DNA of 64,000 bases from Candidatus Thermosaccharophagus yellowstonensis (GCA_041537945.1 JBGOEK010000002.1:136807-200806), one strand, 5' to 3'. Positions 27,654 to 38,180 are shown, counted from the stretch's first letter. Notes: generated by a model not told the origin, from the letters alone. Made by a program: numbers and translations.

Positions 27654-28511
27654 ATGTTCATCTATGGCAGTGATGGGGTGATCGTTGGCGAAGAGTATGT
27701 GGATATGCTATGCAAGGTTGGGTTGGTCTCATTTGACGACTTCATGAACTTCAGTGGTGGCAAGCTCATTAAAAGGCGTGGGAGAAAGGAGGTTTGGCAG
27801 TTTGAGGTTGACGGGAGGTTGTTCTACCTCAAGAGGAGTATCTCTTCCCTTTGGGATTTCCTGAGAGCCCTTTTGCGTGGCGGTATGCTTGGCTTTTACG
27901 GGTTGAGGGAACTGCGCAACATCGCTCTCCTCAACGCTCTTGGGTTTGAGACGGCTAAGCCAGTGGCAGCTGGCTCAAGATGGCGTAACGGCTTCGTCAA
28001 CGAAGCGTTCCTAATAACGGAAGCAGTTGATGCTGTAGCACTTGATGCTTTTTTACGGAATGAGTATGCACCACCACTCACCAAGGAGCAGATTGAGCGT
28101 AAGCGAAACCTGTTGAGACACCTCGCTAAATTCATCTCAAGACTACATTCACTCGGTCTCTACCACCAAGACCTCTTCCTTCATCATTTGGCTGTCCGTG
28201 GAAACGAGCATAACGGGTATCGCTTCATCTTACTTGACTTGGACAGGCTGACAATAGCATTTTATCGGCGCAGGGCTATGATCAAGGATTTGGCTAAGCT
28301 ACTGCTCTCAAGTTACGATGTGCCTCTATCGGCGACTGACAGGTGGCGCTTCTTCTTGGAGTATGCTAAGCACAGCAAAATCAAACCGAGGGATGTTAAA
28401 CTCATAAGGCAAACATGGAAGAAGGCGATGTGGGTCGGTAAGAGAGATCACAAGTTTAGAAACGCATTCAAGCGGATGAAAGATGAGCTGACTAAGTCAC
28501 AGCACCGGTGA
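27654..28511 (+). CDS. lipopolysaccharide kinase (Kdo/WaaP)-family protein kinase-like protein
   Basis: LHSLGLYHQDLFLHHLAV resembles the catalytic-loop region of the Kdo/WaaP/RIO-like family. Possible starts are GTG 27618, ATG 27633 and ATG 27654; the last has GGAG 8 nt upstream. Confidence 0.55.
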   Translation: MFIYGSDGVIVGEEYVDMLCKVGLVSFDDFMNFSGGKLIKRRGRKEVWQFEVDGRLFYLKRSISSLWDFLRALLRGGMLGFYGLRELRNIALLNALGFETAKPVAAGSRWRNGFVNEAFLITEAVDAVALDAFLRNEYAPPLTKEQIERKRNLLRHLAKFISRLHSLGLYHQDLFLHHLAVRGNEHNGYRFILLDLDRLTIAFYRRRAMIKDLAKLLLSSYDVPLSATDRWRFFLEYAKHSKIKPRDVKLIRQTWKKAMWVGKRDHKFRNAFKRMKDELTKSQHR

Positions 28512-28584
28512 GTGAGCTTACACTCGCACCAGTGAGTTCAACATCCGATGGCACGAAGGCTTTCCAGTATCGGGAGGGTCAAAT

Positions 28585-29262
28585 GTGGAGAGCCATGAAT
28601 ACTACATGAGACGAAAACACCACTACGAAGATGAAGCGGTTGCGAAGGCTTACGAACAGAAGCGCTTTTCTGGTCTGTTTGGGAAGTTGCGCCACATGCG
28701 TGACATGACAGCTTTGAGGAGAGCCATCAGGTTCGCGAGCTCGCTTGGCTCACCGATAAAAAGCGTTCTGGATATACCGTGTGGAACTGGCAGGATGTTC
28801 GAGCTCTTCTCCAGTGAAGGCATAAAGTTCGTTGGCGCTGACATATCGCTGGCGATGATAGCTGAGGCGATGCGGAAGCCAAACAAAGAATGCATGCTCG
28901 CCCTTGTGGTTTGCGATGCTGAGGCGATCCCGTTTAAGGACAACACATTTGATGCTGTCGTTTGCATACGCTTCATGTTTCATGTCCCGAGAGATGTGCA
29001 ACTGCGCATACTGAGGGAGATGAGGCGAGTTAGCAAGCGGTGGCTCATCGTTGAGTTTAGGCACCGCTACACAATTCGCTACATGCTCCTACGCCTGCGC
29101 CACAAGCTCGGCTTGCTAAAGCAACTCAAATACCGCTTCAGCAAGAGCGACCTTGCAGAACTCGTCCACGAAGCTGGCTTAATCATCAGGGGCATATTCC
29201 CAACACGCCCATATGCCCCTTTCCTATCGGACAAGTGGATTGTGCTCCTTGAGAAGGTTTGA
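28585..29262 (+). CDS. class I SAM-dependent methyltransferase (Methyltransf_11-like)
   Basis: VLDIPCGTGR motif I, GADISLAMI, and CDAEAIPFKDNTFDAVVC. Confidence 0.8.
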   Translation: MESHEYYMRRKHHYEDEAVAKAYEQKRFSGLFGKLRHMRDMTALRRAIRFASSLGSPIKSVLDIPCGTGRMFELFSSEGIKFVGADISLAMIAEAMRKPNKECMLALVVCDAEAIPFKDNTFDAVVCIRFMFHVPRDVQLRILREMRRVSKRWLIVEFRHRYTIRYMLLRLRHKLGLLKQLKYRFSKSDLAELVHEAGLIIRGIFPTRPYAPFLSDKWIVLLEKV

Positions 29263-29269
29263 GAAGGTT

Positions 29270-32200
29270 CTACGGCTTTATCTGCTGTGGCTTCAACTCC
29301 TTCAACTTCCTCTCAATCTCCTTCTGCAGTTCTGGTGCAGCCCAGCTCAACCACTTAAGCCAGTTTGATAGCTCTTCCACATCGCCACGCCTCTCATAGT
29401 AGTTGCACAGCCATTCGATTGCAGCCCTCCTCACAACACGCCTTATGCCAGCACCGAGAGCCACCTGCTTGTATGTCTTCAACGCTTCCTCAGTCTCGCC
29501 CAACTTCTCATGCAGTCTCGCTTTCATCAAAAGGAAAGTCCCCAAATCCGTCATTGATGCATCGCCGTTGACTTGCGCTGTAACGATCGCCCTCTCAACC
29601 CACTTGAGCGCACCGCTCGTATCGTCAGAGGAAGCCACCGCCTGTGCGTAGGCGAATAAGTCCATCGAAGCCCAATTTGAGTATGGGAGCATCCTTTTGG
29701 CTACACTGAGTGCGTTTTTACCATCGCCAGCTTGCAACATGAGCGCAATCAGCTTGCGATATATCGAGACCCTATTCGGTTGCAACCGCAACGCCTCCTC
29801 ATAAGCAGACACAGCCCTGTCATGCTCGCCGATCGCTGTAAAGCCATCCCCAATAAGCTCAAGCAAGTCACGGCGTATAGCCAGCCACTTCACTTTTGAA
29901 GCGAGCCTCAAGCTCGCCTCAAAGTAAGGTATCGCCACTTTAGCGTCGTTACGGACGACAGCCACCCAACCTCCCATGACATGCGCTATCGGGTCTGTAT
30001 CTCTCTCGTCAAGCCATCCTTGAAAAACCTTCAGGCGCTCGTTAACCTCAGCTTCAACCAACTGCCGTTGCAGTGGCGGAACATCAACTGGTATTACCAA
30101 CAGGTCTGTAAGAGCGCTGAGCAAAGCCCTCTTCACAGCCATCGGCTCAAAACTGTTGAGCGAATTGTAAGCGTGCTCTATCGCGTCGGCGAAGCGCTTC
30201 CTTGAGACCTCGCCCAGAAACCATTCCCTTGCCACCGCTGCGAGCTCAAACTCATCATTCAGCATGCGCATCAACATCTTATACTGCGAGCGTGCGTTCA
30301 CCCACTTCCCTACCCTTCCGTAGCACGATGCCAATGCCCTCCTTAGGACGACGATGGCATCATGCGTATCGCCCTCGGGAAGCTTCTCCTTGAGTGCTCT
30401 CTCAAGCACAGCCAACGCATCAAACGGCGGTGATTGAAAGGAAGCTATATCGTTGGCTAACGCGAGCCCGTAGACGAGCGATGTTAATGGCGTATCCTTG
30501 AAGCTGCTTGCAAACTCTTCTCTTGCGTTCCTCTCGCTTCGAAGGACGAGCGCAAACTGAGTTCTTTCCTTCGGCAGGTTGAGCGAAGCCCTCCACCTGT
30601 AGTAAAGCCAAATCCTTTCGGCATGGAAATAAGGTTGGTTGCGGTTTTTACCGCATTCTCTCTTGAGCACCATGTCAAGGTCTTGCCACTTGCGCTGTTC
30701 TTTGAGGGCTTCTATCTCCGCTCTCTTCAGCCATATGTTTTGCGGGTAGCGTGCGCCACCCCTCCTCGCCCAAGTGAGCGCCACATCATTGTTGCCAGCT
30801 AAACGATGCAAATCAGTGATGAGGGTGTAAATGATCTCCCTGTGGATGCCTTTATCGACGCTTGCCTCGGCAAAAGCCTGAAGCACATCGGCGGAGAAGT
30901 AGCGCATGAATATGTCCTCAAAGGAACTTATGGTGCTCATCATGTCGGCATAGCTGTAAAGCCACCTCTCAACTGCGAGCAACCACCCAAACGCGTCTGA
31001 GTAGCGTTTCTTGAGGATGGAGATGGCGCTAAGCTGTTGCCTTGCAACTGATGCTTGCGGAGATAGAGGATGCATCGCAACAATAGCGCTGTATTCGCTC
31101 TCGGCATCATCAAGCATGCCACCCCTCATAAATGCGTTTGCGGAGTTCAACCTCAATGAGAGGTCATAGGGACGCTTCTTCACCATGAGTGCGTGATGTT
31201 TCCTCGCCACATCAGGGGTGCCCCTCTCAATCGCTATGCGCATCAGCAGGAGGTCAAGGAATGGTGACTGGCTTATGCTGGACTGCTTCTGAGCCTCCTC
31301 GTAGAGTGCATCTAAGTCAAAGCATGAGAGCGAAAGCAACCTCTCAACCGACGCTATGGCGACATCGGTGTCCACCACCGATGAAGACAGCACCTGCAAA
31401 TAAAGCTTCTTTGCCTCTTCAACTCTTCCAAGCACCTCCTGTATTGAGGCTTTTCGTTGTAGCACTAAAGAGAGCCATTTGCCCGTGGCTATTTTCTCCG
31501 CTTCCATTGCGACATTGAGAGCGTCGTCAAACCTGCCCATTGAAGCGAGCGCATCTAAAAGCGCTATGTAGGCGTCGATGCGGTTCGGTGAGAGCTTTAT
31601 CGCCTCCCTGATGGCAGACTCCGACTCATCAAACTTGAAAGCCGATGCACATGCTTGCGCATAAGCAAGCCAAAGTTGCGGAGCCTTCGGGTTCAGCTTT
31701 ATGGCTGTTTGAATGTGCGACATCGCCTGCTCAACATCTCCAAGCTTAAGCCAGAGCGAGCGTGCCAAATTGAAGCGCACGCCTGCATCATCGGAACGCT
31801 TCAACATATCTTCAAGTTCCTTTACGCTCTCTGTGTCTGAGTCTACAATGAGAACATCCTCGGGCAACTTGAGTTTCGGCAAACCGCCAGCCAGCTCCGC
31901 AAACTCCTTGTAAGTGAACTCGCCAACGAAGGTGCTCGCTGCATCTCTCAGCTCATAGCGAGCGTATAGCGGTATGCCATCCGCAACTCGCCGGCTTGTG
32001 TCAGCAGTCATGGCTTCAATGACCCTGCCATCTTCCCTTGAGTGCGCACGGTGGAGCAACGAAAGATTATCCACATCAAACGCGAGTTGAACGAACGCCG
32101 GTTGCTTCATCGTGATCTGCATGTATGGTGAGCAATAGAAGCCGAGCCCGTAGACACCGCAGTTGCAATACTGCAGTTCATAAACTGTCCTCGGCTTGAC

Positions 32201-32926
32201 GCACTTGAGTGTGAGGAGAAATGCTGGCTTGCCTCTTACGGCTATGAGCTCAACTGATGTGGGCTTGTATTCCGAAAGGACGCTCTCCCATGCTTGCCCA
32301 AACAATGCCACATTGCCCGGACCACAAAGCGTCATCCCAAAATCACAAAACTTGTTTTCGCTCCAGCGCTCAGCCATCTGAAGCCTTGGCGTGTAGTGGA
32401 GCGTCATCTTGCCATCCGTCAGCCATATCTCTTCTCCATCATCTGTGCTCTCCTTCACGAACGCACCATCAGGATGTGAAACAGACACTTCGAGCTTCTT
32501 CTCAACCCAACTTCTGCAGTCCCATCGCCTCTCAACCGCAACACAGCCAAAGCGCTTCAACTTACCCCATGTTGCCTGTATGCGCTTTATAAGCTCGTCT
32601 GGCTCTGGGAGTGGGACGACGAGGTATTCGTTATCAACCACGCAATAGCCACACTGGAGCATCTTGCAGATTTTGCTGAGCGCCTCGCTCAGGCGAACCT
32701 CACGCAGGGTTATCGTGACAGCCTTCACCTTTGGCTCGCCCTTGAGCATCACCTTCACACCGCTTTGACGCGATATCTCGGATATAGCTTCCGTTGGGCT
32801 AACACCCTTAAACTCAATCGAGAGGGTTGGCTCCTTAGCCCCCTCTTTAGCGCCACCGAAAACGCATTCACAAAACACAACGACACAAACGAAGACCATA
32901 ACAGCACAGCGAAGCGAGTGCTTCAT
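29270..32926 (-). CDS. large secreted multidomain protein: STN-like domain, LolA-like/lipoprotein-sorting-like region, long TPR array
   Basis: ATG 32926 is preceded by AAGGAGGTG with 7-nt spacing. Signal-like MKHSLRCAVMVFVCVVVFCECVFG. LSIEFKGVSPTEAISEISRQSGVKVMLKG...VTITLREVRLSEALSKICK...YCVVDNEYLVV fits the secretin/TonB N-terminal (STN) pattern. The C-terminal 800 aa or so is helical-repeat (TPR-like) sequence. Confidence 0.75.
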   Translation of the reverse strand: MKHSLRCAVMVFVCVVVFCECVFGGAKEGAKEPTLSIEFKGVSPTEAISEISRQSGVKVMLKGEPKVKAVTITLREVRLSEALSKICKMLQCGYCVVDNEYLVVPLPEPDELIKRIQATWGKLKRFGCVAVERRWDCRSWVEKKLEVSVSHPDGAFVKESTDDGEEIWLTDGKMTLHYTPRLQMAERWSENKFCDFGMTLCGPGNVALFGQAWESVLSEYKPTSVELIAVRGKPAFLLTLKCVKPRTVYELQYCNCGVYGLGFYCSPYMQITMKQPAFVQLAFDVDNLSLLHRAHSREDGRVIEAMTADTSRRVADGIPLYARYELRDAASTFVGEFTYKEFAELAGGLPKLKLPEDVLIVDSDTESVKELEDMLKRSDDAGVRFNLARSLWLKLGDVEQAMSHIQTAIKLNPKAPQLWLAYAQACASAFKFDESESAIREAIKLSPNRIDAYIALLDALASMGRFDDALNVAMEAEKIATGKWLSLVLQRKASIQEVLGRVEEAKKLYLQVLSSSVVDTDVAIASVERLLSLSCFDLDALYEEAQKQSSISQSPFLDLLLMRIAIERGTPDVARKHHALMVKKRPYDLSLRLNSANAFMRGGMLDDAESEYSAIVAMHPLSPQASVARQQLSAISILKKRYSDAFGWLLAVERWLYSYADMMSTISSFEDIFMRYFSADVLQAFAEASVDKGIHREIIYTLITDLHRLAGNNDVALTWARRGGARYPQNIWLKRAEIEALKEQRKWQDLDMVLKRECGKNRNQPYFHAERIWLYYRWRASLNLPKERTQFALVLRSERNAREEFASSFKDTPLTSLVYGLALANDIASFQSPPFDALAVLERALKEKLPEGDTHDAIVVLRRALASCYGRVGKWVNARSQYKMLMRMLNDEFELAAVAREWFLGEVSRKRFADAIEHAYNSLNSFEPMAVKRALLSALTDLLVIPVDVPPLQRQLVEAEVNERLKVFQGWLDERDTDPIAHVMGGWVAVVRNDAKVAIPYFEASLRLASKVKWLAIRRDLLELIGDGFTAIGEHDRAVSAYEEALRLQPNRVSIYRKLIALMLQAGDGKNALSVAKRMLPYSNWASMDLFAYAQAVASSDDTSGALKWVERAIVTAQVNGDASMTDLGTFLLMKARLHEKLGETEEALKTYKQVALGAGIRRVVRRAAIEWLCNYYERRGDVEELSNWLKWLSWAAPELQKEIERKLKELKPQQIKP

Positions 32927-33034
32927 TTCCTTGCACCTCCTTGTCATCATGTTAATATTGTGCCCTTGCAATTTAAAGGCTTCACACCTCGCACCAGCTC
33001 AACCCAAAATGTGAGAGTGAGGAGCGTGGGACTT

Positions 33035-35011
33035 ATGAGCACGGTTTACCTACCAACGGCGATAGTGGGCAACGGTAGAACACTTTGCACTATAGGCGCA
33101 AGTGGCGAAGTGATGAGCTTCTTCTTCCCGAGCATTGACCACGCTCAACACATACACGAGTGCATGCTCGGTGTTTATGCCTCCGGTTACGGTTACTCAT
33201 GGACTTTCGAGCCGGCATGGCAAAGGTCACAGGCTTACATCAAGGGCACAAACATTCTCCAAACGAAGCTCCTCAACAACCAAATCGGTATTGAGCTGAC
33301 GCTCACAGACCTTGTCCCGCCAGAACTGCCAGCACTCGTAAGGCGGATTGAGCTTAGACGAGTCGGCTTAAACAGGGTTCATATCCTTCTCTGCCACTAC
33401 TTTGAATTCTGGGTTGAAGGGCACAAGTGGAAAAACTGCGTCCAAGCGTTCCCGGGTGACAGGTTGATAATGCAATGGTTGAGGGAGACATGGATTGCAG
33501 TTGGCGCAACGCCTTTCCACCAATTCCAATGTGGCAAATCCGATCCTGGTTCGTTATCAAACGCAAAGGATGACCTCTACGATGGTTCGCTCAAACGCCA
33601 AACACTTGAGATAGGATCGGTGAACTTCGCTCTCGGTTGGGAACTGCCCGTCAGCGAAGACGCGATGAGCATCGTGCTCACCATCACTGCGGGTAGAAGC
33701 AAAATCGAGGCACTGAACCTGACGGCGCGCCTGCGACGGTTGCCATTTGAACAGCTCATGTCCATCGTCGGGAGACACTGGGCTAAATGGCTTGACAAGG
33801 TTCACTCACACTGTGAGGATGAAGTGCTTTCCCGCGCATATGAGCGTGCACAGCTCACATTGCCATTGTTGTTTGACGAGCGCGAGGGCGCTCCATTGGC
33901 TGCACCTGAGTTTGATCCAGCATTCGTAGCAAGCGGTGGCTACGGCTTTTGCTGGCTTAGAGATGCAACCCAAATGATGGAAGTGTGGCTCAAGCAGAGA
34001 AGAAACAAACAGCTCAAGAGCTTCATAATGTGGGCTTCGAAAGCTCAGTCGGAAGATGGCTCATGGCTACAGCGCTATTGGTTGAATGGCTCGCTCGGTC
34101 CGGCATGGAGCACTGACGACGAAAACTTGCAATGGGATCAAGTCGCATCGATGGTCATCTTTGCGTGCAAATGCTATCGCAAGCTGGGGGAGCTCTTTGA
34201 AGATGCGGATGAGCGCAAGTCGCTCTCAAAGCTCCTTTCAAAGATGGCTCTCAGCGGCGCCAGAAAGCTATTGCAACGCATCAACGAAGATTTCTCATCT
34301 GGTAGAGTGCCAGTTGTGGGGATGGACCTTTGGGAGACATTTCGTGGCTCTTTCGTTTACACCAATGCCGTCGTATACAGGGCGTTGTGCGAGGCGGCGG
34401 AGCTGACAAAGCTACGCCGACAAACAGCGAAAGCAAACGAACTGCTAACCACTGCCACAAAACTTAAGGAGAACACACTGCGTAGGATGGTCGTGGACGG
34501 GCATCTGGTTCGTGGTGTTAGTTTTGATGGGCATGTTGACACAGCGATTGATTCATCAGTTCTCGGCGCCATAACCCCGTTTGAGATGCTCTCGCTTGAA
34601 GATGAAGGAGAACTCAAGCTCGCCATGAGAACAGTTGATGTGATCATAGAGAGAGCCTCAGTTTCAGCCGGCGGGAAGATCGGCATCTTGAGGTTCGTCG
34701 GCGACTCTTATGCTGGAGGGATGGCTTGCACGGTAAGCACATTGTGGGTTGGGATGGCTATGCTACGCATATGTCGCCAATTCATCAAAAACGGCGATAT
34801 GGCGGAGGCGGAAAGATGGTTGAGTGAAGCGGAGAATTTCATAGCCAGCGGTGCGTCATTCACTACACCGACTGGCTTGCATTGCGAGTTGTTCAAAATC
34901 GATGGCTATGGCTATTGGGCGCCAGCTCATGCGTGGGCTTCCGCTTGGGTTATACAGGCTGTTGATGAACTGCAGATGCTCAAGAGTGAATTGGAATGGA
35001 GGCACTCGTGA
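33035..35011 (+). CDS. glycoside hydrolase family 15 (glucoamylase/glucodextranase-like)
   Basis: GGYGFCWLRDA signature and an (alpha/alpha)6-type C-terminal half. ATG 33035 (MSTVYLPTAIVGNGR) is used because the longer track ORF overlaps the divergent TPR gene. Confidence 0.85.
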   Translation: MSTVYLPTAIVGNGRTLCTIGASGEVMSFFFPSIDHAQHIHECMLGVYASGYGYSWTFEPAWQRSQAYIKGTNILQTKLLNNQIGIELTLTDLVPPELPALVRRIELRRVGLNRVHILLCHYFEFWVEGHKWKNCVQAFPGDRLIMQWLRETWIAVGATPFHQFQCGKSDPGSLSNAKDDLYDGSLKRQTLEIGSVNFALGWELPVSEDAMSIVLTITAGRSKIEALNLTARLRRLPFEQLMSIVGRHWAKWLDKVHSHCEDEVLSRAYERAQLTLPLLFDEREGAPLAAPEFDPAFVASGGYGFCWLRDATQMMEVWLKQRRNKQLKSFIMWASKAQSEDGSWLQRYWLNGSLGPAWSTDDENLQWDQVASMVIFACKCYRKLGELFEDADERKSLSKLLSKMALSGARKLLQRINEDFSSGRVPVVGMDLWETFRGSFVYTNAVVYRALCEAAELTKLRRQTAKANELLTTATKLKENTLRRMVVDGHLVRGVSFDGHVDTAIDSSVLGAITPFEMLSLEDEGELKLAMRTVDVIIERASVSAGGKIGILRFVGDSYAGGMACTVSTLWVGMAMLRICRQFIKNGDMAEAERWLSEAENFIASGASFTTPTGLHCELFKIDGYGYWAPAHAWASAWVIQAVDELQMLKSELEWRHS

Positions 35012-35111
35012 TGCCTGACGGCACACCGATTGATGTTGCATGTCAAGCGTCGCTGTGTCATCATGACGAGATGAGGCTTTGTTTCTGAGGTTTTAAGGAG
35101 GTGTCCTTAAG

Positions 35112-35858
35112 GTGAGCAGGTGGATTGTTTGGTTTACAGTCGCTGCGATGTGTTGTTCGTTAGTAGCCATGCTTTGTTCTTTCGTCCTGAGCGGTGAGAT
35201 AGTCGGGATAGAGGTGAAGCCAACTCCAGTGGGGGTGATATTGACCATCACCTCGGTCATAGGTAAGGGTGAGATAAGGGAAAGGACTACTGCCACATGG
35301 CAACCGCTCAGGGCGAAGATGAGCATCATACCGGGTTACCAACTGCGCACAGATAAGGAGAGCATGGTTGAGGCTCGCCTTGAACCAACACTTTCAAGGA
35401 TAAAGGTTTCGCACGACACATTGATTGAGGTGCGAAATGACAGGTTGGTTTTGCTTGCTGGGCGCATCTGGGTATGTGCAGCGCAAAAGCCGGGCGAACG
35501 CATACCGATTGTGATACAGACACCAAACGCATACATCGCCACTGAGAGGGGTTGGATAAGCGTTGCTCAACTGCCTTGGGGTTGGACGCTCGTCTCATGC
35601 GATAGAAACACCGCATCTGTTGCAGCCTCAAGGAGCGTTGTGCCATTGCTCGCTGGGGAGATGACGCTTGTCGCACCAGGGTCAAAGCCCGAAGTGCCTA
35701 TGAAGGTGACATGCGATATCGTGAGTTGGGATGTGAGGATATACCTTGAGGAGTTCGTGAAACGCTGTCATGGGATACCTCCACGCCCTCTGCCGAAGAA
35801 CTTCCTCTCGTGCGCCGAAAGGTTGCTTTGGGACGCGGGTGGGATAGTGCCAAGATGA
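35112..35858 (+). CDS. membrane-anchored FecR-domain-like protein
   Basis: N-terminal TM helix. The segment GYQLRTDKESMVEARLEPTLSRIKVSHDTLIEVRNDRLVLLAGRIWV resembles FecR-domain beta-strand repeats. The family call is weak. Confidence 0.45.
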   Translation: MSRWIVWFTVAAMCCSLVAMLCSFVLSGEIVGIEVKPTPVGVILTITSVIGKGEIRERTTATWQPLRAKMSIIPGYQLRTDKESMVEARLEPTLSRIKVSHDTLIEVRNDRLVLLAGRIWVCAAQKPGERIPIVIQTPNAYIATERGWISVAQLPWGWTLVSCDRNTASVAASRSVVPLLAGEMTLVAPGSKPEVPMKVTCDIVSWDVRIYLEEFVKRCHGIPPRPLPKNFLSCAERLLWDAGGIVPR

Positions 35859-35903
35859 AGCAAACATAGAGACACAAACGCAGTATAGAAGAGGTGCGAT
35901 GGG

Positions 35904-38180
35904 ATGTCGAAGGCGAAGCAAAAGAAGGATGCACCACTGCATGAGTTCATCGGCTTGGTCGGCGCTGGCATAAGCCTCATACTGCTCCTTGGAAGCATCG
36001 GTTACACTGGTGGCATAATCGTCGAACACATCTGCAGGGTCGCAAGGCTACTCTTTGGTGCGGGTAGCACCGTTGTTTTCCTCTACTTGCTTTTTGCCTC
36101 TCTGGTGCTCATGGCAGAGAAATGGAGGAAGAGGCTATGCACTGCCACAGCATCTTTCATGTTACTGCTCGTGACATCGCTCGGGTTTGCTCACATGATG
36201 ACCCCACTTGGTGAGGAGTTCACCAACGAGTTCATCACAAAGAGGGGTGGCTTCATTGGTGCGGTAGTTGTAGCGCTGTTGCGCAGGGCGTTCGGGGATG
36301 TCGGCAGTTACATAGCGTTATCGCTCATAGCCATAAGCGCCATCTTCATCGCTGTTGGCTCACCACCGAGCGAGTTCTTCGCCAGCCTTTGGCAAAAGAT
36401 GAGAGCGCTTCGTGAGCGCCTGAAGAGAACCACATCAACGCAACGGTTGCAAAAGGTTCGTAAGGAAGGCACGCACGCTGAGAAGCCCTCAAAAGAGAAA
36501 GAGCTTGCAGGCTCAACCATAAGTGACGCTCAAGCACAAAAGCAAGAGGTGCCAACCGACAAGGATTCCACCGAGCTCAATGGGGAAAGGCAGACACTTG
36601 ATGAGGGGTTTGCTATACCGCATGTGATAACCGAAGAGAGGCGCACAAAGAGGAAGCGCTTCAAGCTTCTGCCAGACCATTACGAGAAGGTGATCGAGGC
36701 GCTTGATAAGCCTTCATCATCCGACATCGTTGATTCGGAGACGGATACTGAGGAAGGTGTCAGGCTCGTTGAGAAGACGCTTGCGAGCTTCAAGATAGAT
36801 GCGAAAGTTGTGAGCGTGAAGCGAGGACCTGTTGTGACAAGGTATGAAGTCCAACTTGCGCCCGGAATACGAGTCAGTAGGATAGCCAACTTAGCTGATG
36901 ACTTGGCGCTCGCTCTCGCTGCCATTGATGTGCGTGTTGAGGCTCCAGTTCCGGGCATGTCAGTCATAGGGATTGAAGTCCCAAACAAGCGAGTTGCACT
37001 CGTGCGCCTGAGGGAGCTACTCGAGCTTGACGAATTCAAGCGTTCACCATCAAAGCTCACATTCGGGCTCGGCAAAGACATAGCTGGCAACCCGAAGTTC
37101 GCCGACTTGGCTCGCATGCCACACCTGCTCATAGGTGGCGCCACAAACTCTGGCAAGAGTGTGTGCCTCAACTCAATAGCGATCAGCTTGCTTTCAAGGG
37201 CTGACCCAGATGAGGTGAAGCTACTTTTGATTGACCCGAAACGAGTTGAGCTGAGCTTGTTTGATGGCATACCGCATCTTGTCCATCCCGTCGTAGTTGA
37301 TGTTAGGCATGCTGTGCTTGCCCTCCAATGCGTCGTCAAAGAGATGGAGAGACGCTACGAACTTTTCGCCGAGAAGGGTGTGCGCAACATTGAGAGCTAT
37401 AACGCGAAGTTGAGCGAAGACGAAGAACCACTCTATCACATCGTCATCTTGATTGATGAGCTTGCCGACCTTATGATGCAAGCTCCCGCAGAGATTGAGA
37501 GGCTCATATGCAGGATAGCGCAGCTTGCGAGAGCCACTGGAATACACCTTGTCATTGCCACACAGCGCCCATCCGTCAATGTCATAACTGGTGTCATAAA
37601 GGCAAACATACCGTCACGGATCGCCTTTGCGGTCGCTTCACAAGTTGACTCAAGGACGATATTGGACATGAACGGCGCTGAGAGGCTTATAGGCAGGGGC
37701 GATATGCTTTACTATCCGATTGATGCCCCGAAACCGATAAGGCTTCAAGGGGCTTTCGTGAGCGAGGAGGAAGTCAACAGGGTTGTGGAAACCCTCATAA
37801 ACGAATATGGTGAACCTGAAGAATACCTGTTTGATTTGCATGAACTCGACGAGGAGATGAAAGCACAGGTTCAGAAGCCGGAGAAGAAAGATCCGCTTTT
37901 CGATGCAGCAGTTGAGCTCGTCAGGAGGAAAGGGTATGCGTCGGCTTCAATGTTACAGCGTGAGTTCGAGATAGGTTACCCAAGAGCAGCCAAAATAATT
38001 GACCAGATGGAAAGGGCTGGCATCGTCGGACCCCCAGAGGGAAGCAAACCGAGGAGGGTCTTGATACCGCTTGTTGATGAGCCAGCGCAGGGGAGAATGG
38101 AGAAGCTATCAAGTGAGGATGCGGATGAGGAAGCCTGTGAAGACGATGTTGGTGGCGGTTACAAGTTCGGTAACAATTGA
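35904..38180 (+). CDS. ftsK: DNA translocase FtsK/SpoIIIE
   Basis: N-terminal TM helices, charged linker, motor domain with Walker A GGATNSGKS and IVILIDELADLMM, and a C-terminal gamma winged helix (ASASMLQREFEIGYPRAAKIIDQME). Confidence 0.93.
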   Translation: MSKAKQKKDAPLHEFIGLVGAGISLILLLGSIGYTGGIIVEHICRVARLLFGAGSTVVFLYLLFASLVLMAEKWRKRLCTATASFMLLLVTSLGFAHMMTPLGEEFTNEFITKRGGFIGAVVVALLRRAFGDVGSYIALSLIAISAIFIAVGSPPSEFFASLWQKMRALRERLKRTTSTQRLQKVRKEGTHAEKPSKEKELAGSTISDAQAQKQEVPTDKDSTELNGERQTLDEGFAIPHVITEERRTKRKRFKLLPDHYEKVIEALDKPSSSDIVDSETDTEEGVRLVEKTLASFKIDAKVVSVKRGPVVTRYEVQLAPGIRVSRIANLADDLALALAAIDVRVEAPVPGMSVIGIEVPNKRVALVRLRELLELDEFKRSPSKLTFGLGKDIAGNPKFADLARMPHLLIGGATNSGKSVCLNSIAISLLSRADPDEVKLLLIDPKRVELSLFDGIPHLVHPVVVDVRHAVLALQCVVKEMERRYELFAEKGVRNIESYNAKLSEDEEPLYHIVILIDELADLMMQAPAEIERLICRIAQLARATGIHLVIATQRPSVNVITGVIKANIPSRIAFAVASQVDSRTILDMNGAERLIGRGDMLYYPIDAPKPIRLQGAFVSEEEVNRVVETLINEYGEPEEYLFDLHELDEEMKAQVQKPEKKDPLFDAAVELVRRKGYASASMLQREFEIGYPRAAKIIDQMERAGIVGPPEGSKPRRVLIPLVDEPAQGRMEKLSSEDADEEACEDDVGGGYKFGNN

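Noticed and set aside
32765-33034. N-terminal 90-codon extension of the GH15 ORF
   Set aside because: It overlaps the 5' end of the divergent TPR gene, which has a strong SD. The extension has no GH15-like sequence. ATG 33035 with an upstream GAGGAG was chosen instead.
36680-37339. 219-aa minus-strand ORF, and similar antisense ORFs at 40262..40849, 8167..8769, 11389..11907, 52120..52788, 57185..57802, 62132..62869 and 60893..61429
   Set aside because: All lie antisense within genes that carry strong family signatures (ftsK, GuaB3, uvrA, GH genes). Their composition is typical of shadow frames.
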